Shown here: piece by piece, positions 9,161 through 20,800 of the stretch
How positions within the stretch are numbered: position 1 is the stretch's first letter
Layout of the letters: each line of letters starts with the position of its first letter
DNA from: Spirochaetota bacterium
GTDB lineage: Bacteria > Spirochaetota > UBA4802 > JAFGDQ01
NCBI GenBank assembly: GCA_043803405.1
Contig: JAZDKB010000009.1
Coordinates: 160,001 to 224,000 of the forward strand
Direction: 5' to 3'
DNA length: 64,000 nucleotides
Made by a program: the position numbers and the translations under genes
The notes under the pieces: model-generated
What the model saw: only the letters and a program-made list of their open reading frames with translations
The model's database searches: none
What the model was told of the DNA's origin: nothing

Positions 9161-9755
9161 TATATATGTTCCTCTGCTTTCCAATTTTTGGGATTTTCTT
9201 TAATATACTGCCTTATTGCAGATAGTTCTTTATCATTGCGAATAATTACATCGTAAAACCGCGTTTGCCAAACAGGCAACCGCGGTGTTCCGCGATATTC
9301 GTTAATACGTCTGGTTGCACCCGCTTTAAATCCTGCGATAAATGATGAAATGGATTTCGGCGCACGTCTCGGCATTTGCGTTGATAATTCCCGTAGAGTA
9401 GAGACGCACAGCCGTGCGTCTCTACTACACGATTATCCCCCTGCGTCTCTGCGGGACGCCCCTGCATTTTTGCGTATTTGATCACTACAATTGCGTGAAT
9501 ATGATCCGGCATTATAATATATGCATCCGGTGCTAATTCCTTTCGTATTTCAAACGATCTTTCCCATTCCAGTCTGACAATCTCACCTGTCGGATTTAAC
9601 TGCATTTTCCTGTCACGTATTTCTCCGAACAGGCATTCCTTATTTGCAGTACATATTGTCAGGTAATACCATCCGGGGAAAGAATAATCCCATCCCTTTA
9701 ATCTGGCAGATGGTACTCTGTAAATATTTTTGAATAACTCCCTGTCATCACTCAT
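9160..9755 (-). pseudogene. REP-associated tyrosine transposase (RAYT, Y1 HUH), frameshifted
   Basis: The N part (RLKGWDYS...YYLTICT, MPDHIH) is in ORF 9246-9755. The C part (SISSFIAGFK, WQTRFYDVIIR, QYIKENP) is in ORF 9160-9375. The frame shifts at a GTAGA duplication at 9393-9402. Confidence 0.9.
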
Positions 9756-10000
9756 AAGTAAATTTAACTTAAAATTATAATTATCAGTGTATATGAAACC
9801 TTCTTCTGAAAAACCGAATTTTAAAATCCTGTTTTAATTCTTTTATCGTTTCTTCCGGATTTGTCCCAGCCCTGCCGGCAGGTTGAATTGTTAAATAATC
9901 AATTTCAATAACAATTCTTTTACGAAAATTCTATATCATTACTTTAAAAAAAATGCATAAGTAGAATACTTTAACAACTATTTAAAAGTATTATTAAAAC

Positions 10001-11812
10001 TTAATTTATACCGCCCCCGATAGCCTCAAGCTCTTCCCATCTTATAAAAAGAAGATCAAGCTCTTTTTCGAGCTGTTCCAGCTCGGCCTTTATTTCCGTA
10101 ACCTTTGGCCCGCTTTGTTTATAGAAAGAAGGATCAGCCATCAGCGCATAGATTTCATGCTTTCTCTTTTCCTTTTCCTCAATGACCAGATGAATTGATT
10201 CATACTCTTTTTTTTCTTTAAAGGAAAGCTTTGTTTTCTCAGGTGTTTTCTTTACGCGGTCGTTCTTTTTTTGTTTTTCTTCCTTTACTGTTTTATCGGG
10301 TTTTTGAGCCAGCCAGTCGTCATATCCGCCTGCATACTCCCTTACTTCGGAATTTCCTTCAAACGCGAAAATACCGGTTACAACATTATTTAAAAAAGAT
10401 CTGTCATGGCTAACAAGAAGGAGGGTTCCCTCATAGTCAAGCAATAGCCCTTCGAGGAGCTCAATGGTCTCAATATCAAGATCATTTGTAGGCTCGTCCA
10501 TGATGAGAAAATTAAACGCCTTTGTAAAAAGCTTTGCGAGAAGAAGCCTGTTCTTTTCTCCGCCGGATAATACCTTTACCGGTTCGTCTGCCCTGTCCGG
10601 GCTGAAAAGGAAATCCTCAAGGTAGCCGATCACATGCCTTTTCCTGCCGTTAAAATCGATTATTTCCCCGCTGCCGGAAACATTCTGCTTAATTGTAAGA
10701 TTATCATCGAGCTGATTTCTAAGCTGGTCAAAATACGCTTTCTGAATCCCTGCCCCGATCCGCACATCCCCGCTTTGCGTTTCCAGCTCACCTAACAATG
10801 TTTTTATGAGTGTGCTTTTCCCGCACCCGTTCGGCCCTATTATGCCTATCCTGTCGCCCCTCATTATCCTTGTCGAGAAACCAGAGAACAACTTTTCATC
10901 AGTGTATCCAAATGAGATATCCGTAGCTTCTATTATCATCTTCCCTGAGTTTCCTGCCCTCTGCATCTCCATGCGGACATTGCCGGCGCGCTCCCTGCGC
11001 GCCGCCCTTTCCCCGCGCAGCTTTAAGAGCGCCCTTACCCTGCCCTCGTTCCTTGTGCGGCGCGCCTTTATCCCCTGCCTTATCCATGCCTCTTCCTGCG
11101 CCAGCTTTTTATCAAAGAGAGCGTTTCTAGTTTCCTCAGACTCCAGCCATGCGTCCTTCCTCTGCAAAAAAGTCCTGTAATCGCACTTCCAGTCAAAAAG
11201 CTTTCCCCTGTCCAGCTCTACAATACGGTTTGCGATCTTCTGAAGAAACGCGCGGTCATGCGTTACAAAAAAAATAGTCTTGTTATACCTGCTTAAAAAA
11301 TCCTCCAGCCACTTTATCGATTCAATATCAAGATGATTAGTCGGCTCATCAAGAAGCAGAATATCCGGTTCATTCACAAGAGCGCGGCCCAGAAGTACTC
11401 TCCTTTTCATTCCTGCAGAAAGGTTCTCAAAGAGAAGTTCAGGATCAAGCTTCAGTAATGATATGGTCTTTTCTATCTGAATATGAATCTTCTGCTCTTC
11501 AGCATTATCCAGATGATTAAGCAGCGAATCATGAACTCCTGCTCCGCCTGCGATAACAGCATATACAGTTCCGGAAAGATCACGCGGTACTTCCTGCGAG
11601 AGCAACGCAGTCTTAAGCCCCTTTTCGCGGAACATACTTCCGGAGTCCGGTTCAATTCCGCCATTAATAAGATTCATCATTGTAGATTTTCCTGCCCCGT
11701 TGCGGCCGAGCAGGCATATCTTCTCACCCTGATGTATCTGCAGGTCAACGCAGTCAAGAAGAGGAATACTCCCGAAACCAAAGGATACGTTCTGTAGATT
11801 TAATAATGCCAC
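10001..11812 (-). CDS. uup: ABC-F family ATP-binding protein
   Basis: Two ABC domains (GRNGAGKST, GPNGCGKST), linker WIRQGIKARRTRNEGRVRAL, C-terminal KLSFKEK...RWEELE. Confidence 0.9.
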   Translation of the reverse strand: MALLNLQNVSFGFGSIPLLDCVDLQIHQGEKICLLGRNGAGKSTMMNLINGGIEPDSGSMFREKGLKTALLSQEVPRDLSGTVYAVIAGGAGVHDSLLNHLDNAEEQKIHIQIEKTISLLKLDPELLFENLSAGMKRRVLLGRALVNEPDILLLDEPTNHLDIESIKWLEDFLSRYNKTIFFVTHDRAFLQKIANRIVELDRGKLFDWKCDYRTFLQRKDAWLESEETRNALFDKKLAQEEAWIRQGIKARRTRNEGRVRALLKLRGERAARRERAGNVRMEMQRAGNSGKMIIEATDISFGYTDEKLFSGFSTRIMRGDRIGIIGPNGCGKSTLIKTLLGELETQSGDVRIGAGIQKAYFDQLRNQLDDNLTIKQNVSGSGEIIDFNGRKRHVIGYLEDFLFSPDRADEPVKVLSGGEKNRLLLAKLFTKAFNFLIMDEPTNDLDIETIELLEGLLLDYEGTLLLVSHDRSFLNNVVTGIFAFEGNSEVREYAGGYDDWLAQKPDKTVKEEKQKKNDRVKKTPEKTKLSFKEKKEYESIHLVIEEKEKRKHEIYALMADPSFYKQSGPKVTEIKAELEQLEKELDLLFIRWEELEAIGGGIN

Positions 11813-11879
11813 ACTGTTTTCCTGTTTTATAATTTTATTAGAACTTATCTTAAAAATAGTTAATAGTGTTTGCGATGTT

Positions 11880-11978
11880 AAAATTTGATGGAATTAGTAA
11901 AAATTTTCGAGGACTGTTTGAGTTTTCCAAGTTTTGTCCGAGTTCCGCAGGAAATTTTTACTAATTCTATCAAATTTT
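11880..11978. repeat. 27-bp inverted repeat (1 mismatch) enclosing a GAGGACTGTTTGAG...CGAGTTCCGCAG core; MITE/REP-like
   Basis: aaaatttgatggaattagtaaaaattt (11880-11906) versus aaatttttactaattctatcaaatttt (11952-11978). Confidence 0.75.
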
Positions 11979-11989
11979 TAAAGCACTAG

Positions 11990-12604
11990 TTAATATTCAG
12001 ATGAGCTCTTGTTGCTTACCAGCTTCCATCGGAAGTACTTAATATCTGCCAGGTCCATCATCTCTTTATCATCAGCCGAATCCCCGTAAGCATATATAGT
12101 CTGATATTTTTCGATATTATAATTCTCTTTTATTCTCTTTGCTTTTTCTTTTCCGCCGCAATCACCGCGATAATACTTTCCTGTAATAAGCCCGTCTTTA
12201 ACCTCGAACTGCGAACAGATAAGACCCAACCCGTGTTTATCGCACCAGCGTTTCAGGTAAACATCAAAAGACGCAGAAACGATAACGACAGTATCTCCCT
12301 GCGATTTATGCCACTCAATTATTTTTAATGCTTCGGGAATTACATATTGCGGTAAAACCTGATCTGCATATTTAACTCCGATGGATTGAATATCAGTTAA
12401 CTTGCGGCCTTTAAAAGCAAATCCTGCCACTGTTTCCCTGGTTTTCCCGGATGGTATTATGCCCAGTTTATATCCTAAAATTACCGGGATCAGAATCATC
12501 TTTCCAAGCATTATTCTTTTACGTTCAGCTGCAAAATAAATAAAATCAATATAAGTATCTATTGTTGTAATTGTTCTATCGAAATCAAATAATGCAAGAT
12601 TCAT
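11990..12604 (-). CDS. HAD-IB family hydrolase
   Basis: LALFDFDRTIT, VIVSAS and YAYGDSADD HAD motifs. Confidence 0.88.
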   Translation of the reverse strand: MNLALFDFDRTITTIDTYIDFIYFAAERKRIMLGKMILIPVILGYKLGIIPSGKTRETVAGFAFKGRKLTDIQSIGVKYADQVLPQYVIPEALKIIEWHKSQGDTVVIVSASFDVYLKRWCDKHGLGLICSQFEVKDGLITGKYYRGDCGGKEKAKRIKENYNIEKYQTIYAYGDSADDKEMMDLADIKYFRWKLVSNKSSSEY

Positions 12605-13206
12605 AAAATTACTCTAAATTAAAAACATCGCAATTTGCATGCTGCAAACAGTAGTCACCTTTTCTTATTGGTGTTAAAATAAAATACCCCGGGGTAACCC
12701 CCTGGTACTGACATAACAACCGCCACCTTCGGTGTCGGCTGGGTATTATGTTTCAAGGCGTTTAAATAAAAAAGCTGATTTTTCCCCCGCTCTTATATGC
12801 ATATTATAATATCCGCGATACTTATAACAATATAAAATCTTGTCATCATAAATATTACAATGAATCTATTTCAGTGAAAATAAATTCCCTAATTTCTCTC
12901 TTAGTTAAAAAATTATGCTTTCAATAACTTGTTTATTATGTTATATTCATTTCTGAATTTACAGGGAAAAATTCCATACAATAAATTAGATTCCATACCC
13001 CAAAATTTTGATTAAAAAATAATTATCAATTATATTTTTATCTAACTTTCCGTGACTACCATTTTACTTTTTTAAATGTTTAATATTTCCTGACAGTTTT
13101 TACGTGCAAAAGCAATCGTGTTTTTGTTGTAATATTATTTGAAAAAACTAATGAAAAGTTAGAAAACGCTTCCCGAAACCCAATACCAATAATAGGAGAT
13201 AGTATT

Positions 13207-13626
13207 ATGAAAATCAGGACAATATTTATTATCATGTTCTTTTTCGCAGCTTTCATTGCCTGCAGTCCAAAGGAAGACAAATCCTCTGCTCCTGCTGAGA
13301 CTAGTAAATTGCAGACTTATGCTTACGCAGAAAAGGATGAATTCATAAAAAAAATGAAAGCCGAATTAAATAAAGTGAACATGGAGTTAATGGAGCTAGA
13401 AACGAAAGCTAAAACATTAAAAAAAGAAGCCAAATCAGAAGCAAAACAAAAAATTCAAATGTTAAAGGATAAATCAAATGCTTTAAATAAGCAGATTGAC
13501 AAAGCCAAAAACGCCACAGAAGCTACATGGAACGGAATAATGGGCGATTTCAATAAATCTTTCAGTGAAATCAAGGACTCTGTTGAGCAAACACGTACCT
13601 GGCTGAGTAAAAAAATCGCTCCTTAA
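13207..13626 (+). CDS. Small coiled-coil lipoprotein, hypothetical
   Basis: Signal peptide with lipobox FIA-C, AGGAG RBS, helical K/E-rich body. Confidence 0.75.
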   Translation: MKIRTIFIIMFFFAAFIACSPKEDKSSAPAETSKLQTYAYAEKDEFIKKMKAELNKVNMELMELETKAKTLKKEAKSEAKQKIQMLKDKSNALNKQIDKAKNATEATWNGIMGDFNKSFSEIKDSVEQTRTWLSKKIAP

Positions 13627-13686
13627 TAAAATGCCCCGGGGCAAGCGTCGAGGTATTACGCCTTGAAATAAAATGTCCCGAACTAA

Positions 13687-13712
13687 GATGCCGATGCTGT
13701 CGCATCGGCATC
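13687..13712. terminator. 11-bp GC-rich hairpin downstream of the lipoprotein gene
   Basis: gatgccgatgc-tgtc-gcatcggcatc; the U-tract is weak. Confidence 0.35.
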
Positions 13713-13841
13713 CGTTTCCTGTGCAGGTCGGTATATTTAAATAGTTAAAATATAAATAACAATACTTATAATTAAATTGCCTGTGTAATTGTAAGCAATT
13801 ACACAGCTCTTTTAAAATTAAATATTACTAATGGAGAAATT

Positions 13842-14702
13842 ATGAACCAGACCTGGATTTATATTACTATAGCAATTGTTGTTATCCTGTTCTTCCTGGG
13901 GATACGAATTGTACGTCCTACTCAAAGGGGTTTAATCGAGCGTCTTGGCAAATACGTACGGTTTGCCAAGCCGGGATTTCACTGGATTTTTCCGGTTATC
14001 GAAAAGATGTATCTTGTGAATATTACGGAACAGATGGTGGATGCAGAGCCTCAGGAAATTATCACCAATGATAATCTCAATGCCCGCGTGGATGCACAGG
14101 TTTATTTCAAAGTGAAGGAAGAAGAGGATGAAGTAAAAAAATCGATATACAAAGTAAATAATTACCAGTGGCAGATTGTAAACCTTGCCAGAACTACTCT
14201 GCGGAATATCATTGGTACAATGTCTCTTAAATCGGCCAATAGCGAGAGAAGCAGAATAAATACGGAATTGCTGAAAACTCTTACTACGGAAACCGCACAC
14301 TGGGGTATAGATGTTGTCAGGACGGAATTGAAAGAAATCGATCCGCCCAAGGATGTCCAGGAAACAATGAACAAAGTAGTTAAGGCGGAAAATGAAAAGA
14401 TAGCAGCGATAGATTTTGCAACGGCCACGGAAACAGATGCTGACGGGCAAAAAAGGTCAGAAATAAAAAAGGCCGAAGGTGTCAGACAGGCTAGAATATT
14501 ACAGGCCGAAGGCGAGGCTCAGGCGATTAAACTCGTGAACGAAGCAGCGGAAAAATATTTTGTCGGAAATGCACAATTATTAAGAAGAATCCAAATGGTG
14601 GAAGAAGGCCTTAAAAATAATTCCAAGATAGTTGTACCTGCAGGATCCGATCTAGTCAATGTTATTGGTGAAATGGCCGGAATTTTGCCTATAAAGAGAT
14701 GA
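13842..14702 (+). CDS. SPFH/band 7 (stomatin/prohibitin) domain protein
   Basis: N-terminal TM, IERLGKY, QEIITNDN, LARTTLRNIIG, KAEG...AEGEAQAI. Confidence 0.92.
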   Translation: MNQTWIYITIAIVVILFFLGIRIVRPTQRGLIERLGKYVRFAKPGFHWIFPVIEKMYLVNITEQMVDAEPQEIITNDNLNARVDAQVYFKVKEEEDEVKKSIYKVNNYQWQIVNLARTTLRNIIGTMSLKSANSERSRINTELLKTLTTETAHWGIDVVRTELKEIDPPKDVQETMNKVVKAENEKIAAIDFATATETDADGQKRSEIKKAEGVRQARILQAEGEAQAIKLVNEAAEKYFVGNAQLLRRIQMVEEGLKNNSKIVVPAGSDLVNVIGEMAGILPIKR

Positions 14703-14840
14703 AGGTGTTAGCTCTATACTAAGAACGCATTTCAGTAAATATGTCATTCATAATCTGACTGGATAATATCTATGGAGCAGGCGACAGGCCGCTCTCGCAC
14801 CTCCTGTGCTTCGCGGCATTCGCCACCTCTCAAGCATTTA

Positions 14841-17800
14841 TTATTCTCCTCCTGCTGCTCCGACTATTATCAATTCTACCGCGTGTTCCTGACGGTCATC
14901 AACAAGTGGAATAATATTGTCGAATCGTTCAACTCCATCTATGGTCAGGATTGTCTCAATGCTTCCAGCCGGCATTTGCCGGATAATGATATGATAGATG
15001 GTTTCACGGTAGCGGTAATGCATTTGGAACGTCTCCCAATCTGCAGGGAGGCACGGTTCGAACCGCAGTTTGTCTACTTCAAGTCTTAGGCCAAGGAGTG
15101 ATTCCATGATAAGCCGGTACATCCAGCCTGCGGATCCTGTGTACCATGTCCATCCGCCGCGTCCGATATGCGGTGATACGGCATATACGTCTGCTGCGAC
15201 AACATATGGTTCTGCTTTATAGGTTTCAATTGTTTCAGGAGATAGCCCATGGCTCACAGGGTTGATTATTGACAGGATTTCCCACGCGCGGTCTCTGTCT
15301 CCCAATGCGGCGAATGCCATTGCTGTCCAGACTGCTCCATGAGTGTATTGCCCGCCGTTCTCCCTCACGCCGGGAACATAGCCCTTTATATATCCGGGAT
15401 TTAAATTTGATTTGTCGAAAGGCGGGTCCAGTAGCTGAACAAGAGAACGATCGCGCCTGACGAGATGTTTTTCAACCGCATCCATTGCCTTGCGCGAGCG
15501 TCGGGCATCGCCGGCACCGGATAGAACAGACCAGCTTTGTGCAATGGAATCAATCCGGCATTCCGCATTATGCGCAGAACCGAGCGGCGAACCGTCATCA
15601 AAGAAAGCGCGGAGATACCACTCTCCGTCCCAGGCATTCTGTTCGATATTTTTTTTAAGTTCACCTGCTTCCTTCAGACAGCGTTCTGCAAAGGGCAGAT
15701 CATTATGCAGACGTGCAATCTCATTAAATCGAATAAATACTTTATAAAGAAAGAATCCAAGCCATACACTTTCTCCTTTGCCGTTTTCACCAACCTTATT
15801 CATTCCGTCGTTCCAGTCCCCTGAACCGATAAGCGGGAGGCCGTGCGCCCCGAAACTTTCAAGGCTTCTCATGATGGCCCGCACGCAGTGGTCATATAAA
15901 CCGGCAGTCTCTCCGGACATGCCCGGCAGATCATAATACGAATCCTCGTCCGCGTTAACCGGGCGGCCTTCGATGAAATGAATGGTTTCATCCAGTACCC
16001 CCGTATCTCCGGTGGTCAGAACATAGCGGGCTACAGCCAGCGGCAGCCAGAGGTAATCATCCGAACAATGCGTACGCACACCCCTGCCCGACGGCGGATG
16101 CCACCAGTGTTGTACATCTCCCTCTTTGAACTGATGTGCCGCGCAGAGGAGGAGGTGCCCGCGTACAAGGCGCGGTTCGCTATGGATAACAGCCATCACA
16201 TCCTGCAACTGGTCGCGGAAGCCGAATGCGCCACCCGACTGATAATATCCGCTGCGGGCCCAGAGACGGCATGCAATAGTCTGGTACAAAAGCCAGCCAT
16301 TGGCCAGTATGTTTACTGACCGGTCGGGTGTTTCCACATTTACAGCGCCCAGAGTATGCTTCCAGTATTGCCATACTGCTTCAAGCGCTCCGCGTGCCGC
16401 AACAGATCCCCAGAAGCGGTGTATCAGATTGCCGGCATCAGCGGCATTCCGGACTGCTCCCATAGTAAATACAATCTCACGTTCTCCCCTTGCAGCAAGT
16501 TCAAAAGAAACACGTATTGTTCCGCACGGATCAAAAGATGCTCCCGTCTTTCCGGAAAGCCGCGACCGTGTCATTGCGGCAGGATTTGACATAGTACCAT
16601 TGCGACCAAGAAATTCTCTACGGTCGCCGCTTACAGTCCGGGTAGTATCATCTGCATTAAAAAATGCGATCCGGCTGCTGAATTCGGTACTGTACGGATT
16701 TCGCGCAAGCAAAGCGCCGCTTTGAGGCTCAATCTCTGTAACTATATGCATGGCCGATTTAGCCCGCAAATCTCCCAGCACCCATTCAGCGAACCCGGTG
16801 ACGGAAAGACGGCGTATTCTATCAGACTTGTTACGCACCTTAATTACCGTAAACTTGACAGGAGCATCAATGGCAACATATACCCACACCTCTGTATTAA
16901 TACCCCGTTCTGTGTGCTCAAAAACACTGTACCCGAATCCATGGCGCGTAATATAAGGCGTATGTCCGCGGCATGGCAACGGCATGGGAGACCAGTAATG
17001 TCCGCGATCTTCATCGCGAATATAAAATGCTTCTCCGCCGGAATCGCTTACAGGATCATTGTACCATGGCGTAAGACGGAATTCATGCGCATTCTCGCTC
17101 CACGTATATCCAGTGCCGCTTTCCGAGATAACAGTTCCGAAGTCCGGGTTGGCCAATACATTTGCCCAAGGGGCTGGTGTCAGCTGTCCGCGCGAGGTTG
17201 AAATAACATATTCACGGCCGTCAGGTGTAAATCCGCCCAGACCATTATAAAATATAAGGTCCTGACGTGGCAGAGCTGCTACATCCGACAGATCATGGCT
17301 TTTGGTTCGGACAGGAATAAAATCAGGAACCGTTTCTTCTGTTATATTCCGACGGGACATCTGCTCCGATAGAGTTCCCCTGCTGTCAATGATAACAACG
17401 CGGGCTACCGACTGAAATAATATACGATCCTCCTCGGATATCTGGTCGGCAAGTCGTACGTAGATACTGCCGGGCCTGTCTGCTGCATTTGCATTATTGC
17501 CTGCGGCAATAAGCGCCGTAATCTGATCCTGGAGATTCTGCCTGTACCCGGCGTGATCTTCATTCCAGATTACCAGGTCAACTGCCAGTCCCTTGAGACG
17601 CCAGTAAGTGTACGCCTGAATGAGTTGACGAACAAGATTGATATTGGCCTGATCTTCAATCTGTAGCAGCACAATGGGAATATCCCCCGAAATGGAATAT
17701 CCCCAGAGACCCGACTGCTGGCGTTTGTTCCTTATAAGAATACCGGGCGCGGCACGCAGCGAAGAGTTTGCGTATATAACCGATGCGGCAAGATGCCCAT

Positions 17801-20800
17801 ACAGTTGCGCGTCAGCTTCAACTGCATTTATCTGCCTCAGAAGTACCTGGCTATGTGTCCATGCCAGATTAAAAACGCGATCCGCGAGATTCCGGTCCCT
17901 GTATTTTTCCACAAGGCTTAGGGTTATGTCCCGCGTTTCACCTACGCCAGTAACGATATTAATCGTCACCTGCTTTTCAGGATTCAGAATTATCTGATTA
18001 CGAATGGCCACAACGGGATCAAGCACAGGTCCCTCTGTTCCGGAGAGTGGAGACAAGTTGCTCATTGCTTCGGGATGAATTAGAGTATTTCCACGGCCAA
18101 TAAACCGCATCCGGTCAGTCTCATAAGATACTTCCCCTGTTTCCGCACCGTGCACGACCATTAAATGAAACATTATGGGCGGATGCTCTTCCGTCGAGCG
18201 CGGACGGCGCGTACAGAATATAGCCTGCTTGCGGCGTACAATCTCCGTCTCCACAAAAAGATTGCTGAAGGCCGGGTGCATCGCGTCCGAAGCCTGATTC
18301 GCGAGCACTACTTCAGCATAACTTGTTATATCAATTGTCTTTCGCGTCCGTCCGCGGTTGGTGATTGTAATCCGTCGAAGCTCGATGTCATCCTCAGGTG
18401 AAACAGCAATTTCGGTATATGTATCGAAATCGTAATCACGGCGGCGAAACTCAGCCCGCCCTTCTGAAAATATTGCTTCATAATTTTTGGATGCTTTAAG
18501 TGCAGGTTGATATGATGTTGACCAGAATTCTTCGCTTGCTAAATCCCGGATATAACAAAATGTACCCCAGTTGTCACACGTGCCGTCTTCACGCCAGCGA
18601 GTCACAGCCATATCCTTCCAGCGGCTGAAACCGCCACCGGCGTTTGTGATCATTACATGATACCTGCCGTTGGATAAAAGCTGTACCTCCGGCATTGGGG
18701 TATCCGGACTATCGTAAACGCGTATAGGCATTTCGTCCACGTCAGTTAAAGCAGAATGTAACTCGGCCTTTGAGAATTCGGTTTTGTTGGAATAGAAGGC
18801 CATGGCTTTCGGCACCCTTTCCTGAAGCAGCGGCATGGTTGCCTGGAACGATAAGTCCGACTCAAACCGTTTCTGCATTTGTCTGTCAAGAATCAGGTAA
18901 GCAAGTGATAGAAAACTCATGCCCTGATGATGAGCCATAAATGAACGAACAATCGCGCTTGATTGACCGCGTGGTATACGCCCAGGAGTATAGTCAACAG
19001 CTTCGTAAAAACCATACTTTCCTTCAGCGCCGAGAGCGGATAATTCTTCGAGATTAATGCATGCCTCAGAAGGTGCCACCATAAGGGCCAGCGCTGAAGC
19101 ATAGGGCGCAATAACAGTATCTGAAGTTAACCCGCGTTTTAACCCCAGACCAGGCACGCCAAAGGCGCGATACTGGTAATTAAAATGAATATCAATCATA
19201 TTATAACCGGATTCCGAAATCCCCCACGGCACGCCTATCTTCTTTCCATACTCGATCTGTCTCGCCACAGCGGCCTTACAGGTCTGGTACAGCAGGGAAT
19301 TCTCGTAGGTCGGCATTACCAGGAGCGGCATCAGGTATTCGAACATGGAACCGCTCCATGAAAGAAGAACCGGCTCTCCTCCAGCTGTTGTGAGCAGTCG
19401 CCCAAGTGCAAACCAGTTCTCCTGCGGCAACTGTCCCTGCGCAATGGCGACGAAACTTGAAATCCTAGCTTCCGATGCAAGTAAATCGTAATAACTCCCG
19501 TCACGCCGGTTTCCGCTGACATTATAACCTATTGCCAGCAAATGACGACTTTCATCAAATAAAAATGCATATTCCATACGTGCGAGTTCCCGGCATTGAA
19601 TTACAAGCTTTTCGATAACAGTAATTCGCTCCGCAGCATGTTTGCTTGCCGTTCTAATAAGATCTGTGAGCTCATTGACTCTTTCGGACTCCCCTGTTGT
19701 CTTTTTATTCGGGCTTTGATCTTTGATGAACGGCATTGATTCGGCATCAAGATCTGCTATCTGGCGCAGAGTCGGGATCCCGCCAAAGCCGGTATAACTG
19801 CTTAGATTATTCGGAAATAGCGGCTGTCCGGTCCAGGGTACAAATAAAGTAAGGTCATCAAGGACGGCCCGGCATTGCTCTGCAAAGGCGCGTGCCCACC
19901 ACCCGGCCTGACTTCCGGAGGCAGGATCAAAACCCTGGATATTATCCAGGTCAAATGTCATAAGTTTATCAAATATTTCCCGCGCGGCCTCAAGCGTATC
20001 CGGCTGAGAAACGCAGACGGATTCCAGGTATTTTTGCAGTTGAACAAGCCCGGCTGGACGGTTTTCTCCGACAGCATCCATAAAAACATTCAGCGTGTCC
20101 CTGAGCCCGTCAAATAATTGCGGTCCGATTATCTTCGTATCCGGGAGCTTTATAAGCCCCTGCTGCAAGGTCAGCAGATGAGCAGCAAGATTACCGCTAT
20201 CTACTGTCGAAACATACATGGGCAGCAGTGGTTTCAGGGATTCAGTGTCATACCAGTTATAGAAATGACCCCTGAAACGTTCCAGATTTTCCATTGTATG
20301 AAAAGCTTTCCCTGTTCGCTCAATAAGCTGCCGGGAATTAATATAGCCGAAATCCCATGCTGATAGATTTGCCAGAAGCGCAAGCCCCATGTTTGTCGGC
20401 GATGTACGGTGGGCAATAACGGCTACCGGGTCTTCCTGAAGATTATCGGGCGGAAGCCAGTTATCCTGCTCTCCGACAAAAGTCTCAAAGAACGCCCATG
20501 TTTTCCTGGAAATCCTTCTGAGAAAGACAATCTGCCCTGCACTGAGCTTTGCTTCCTGCCGGGCAAACGGCCTGCTGATCCACCATGTGAAGACAGGCGA
20601 TAAAAACCACAGAATAAGAACCGGTAATGCTATAAACAGAACATACGGCCTTGAAAAAGCGAGATAATACGCTGTTGCAGCGGCAATTAGCGGGGCGATC
20701 CACATGGCTCGTAATGATCCCGCAAAGTCAGTCCTGCCGCTAGCCTCAGATTCGCCGGACGGATTCCATTCCAGGAGATGCTTCCGTGTGATCAGCATCC

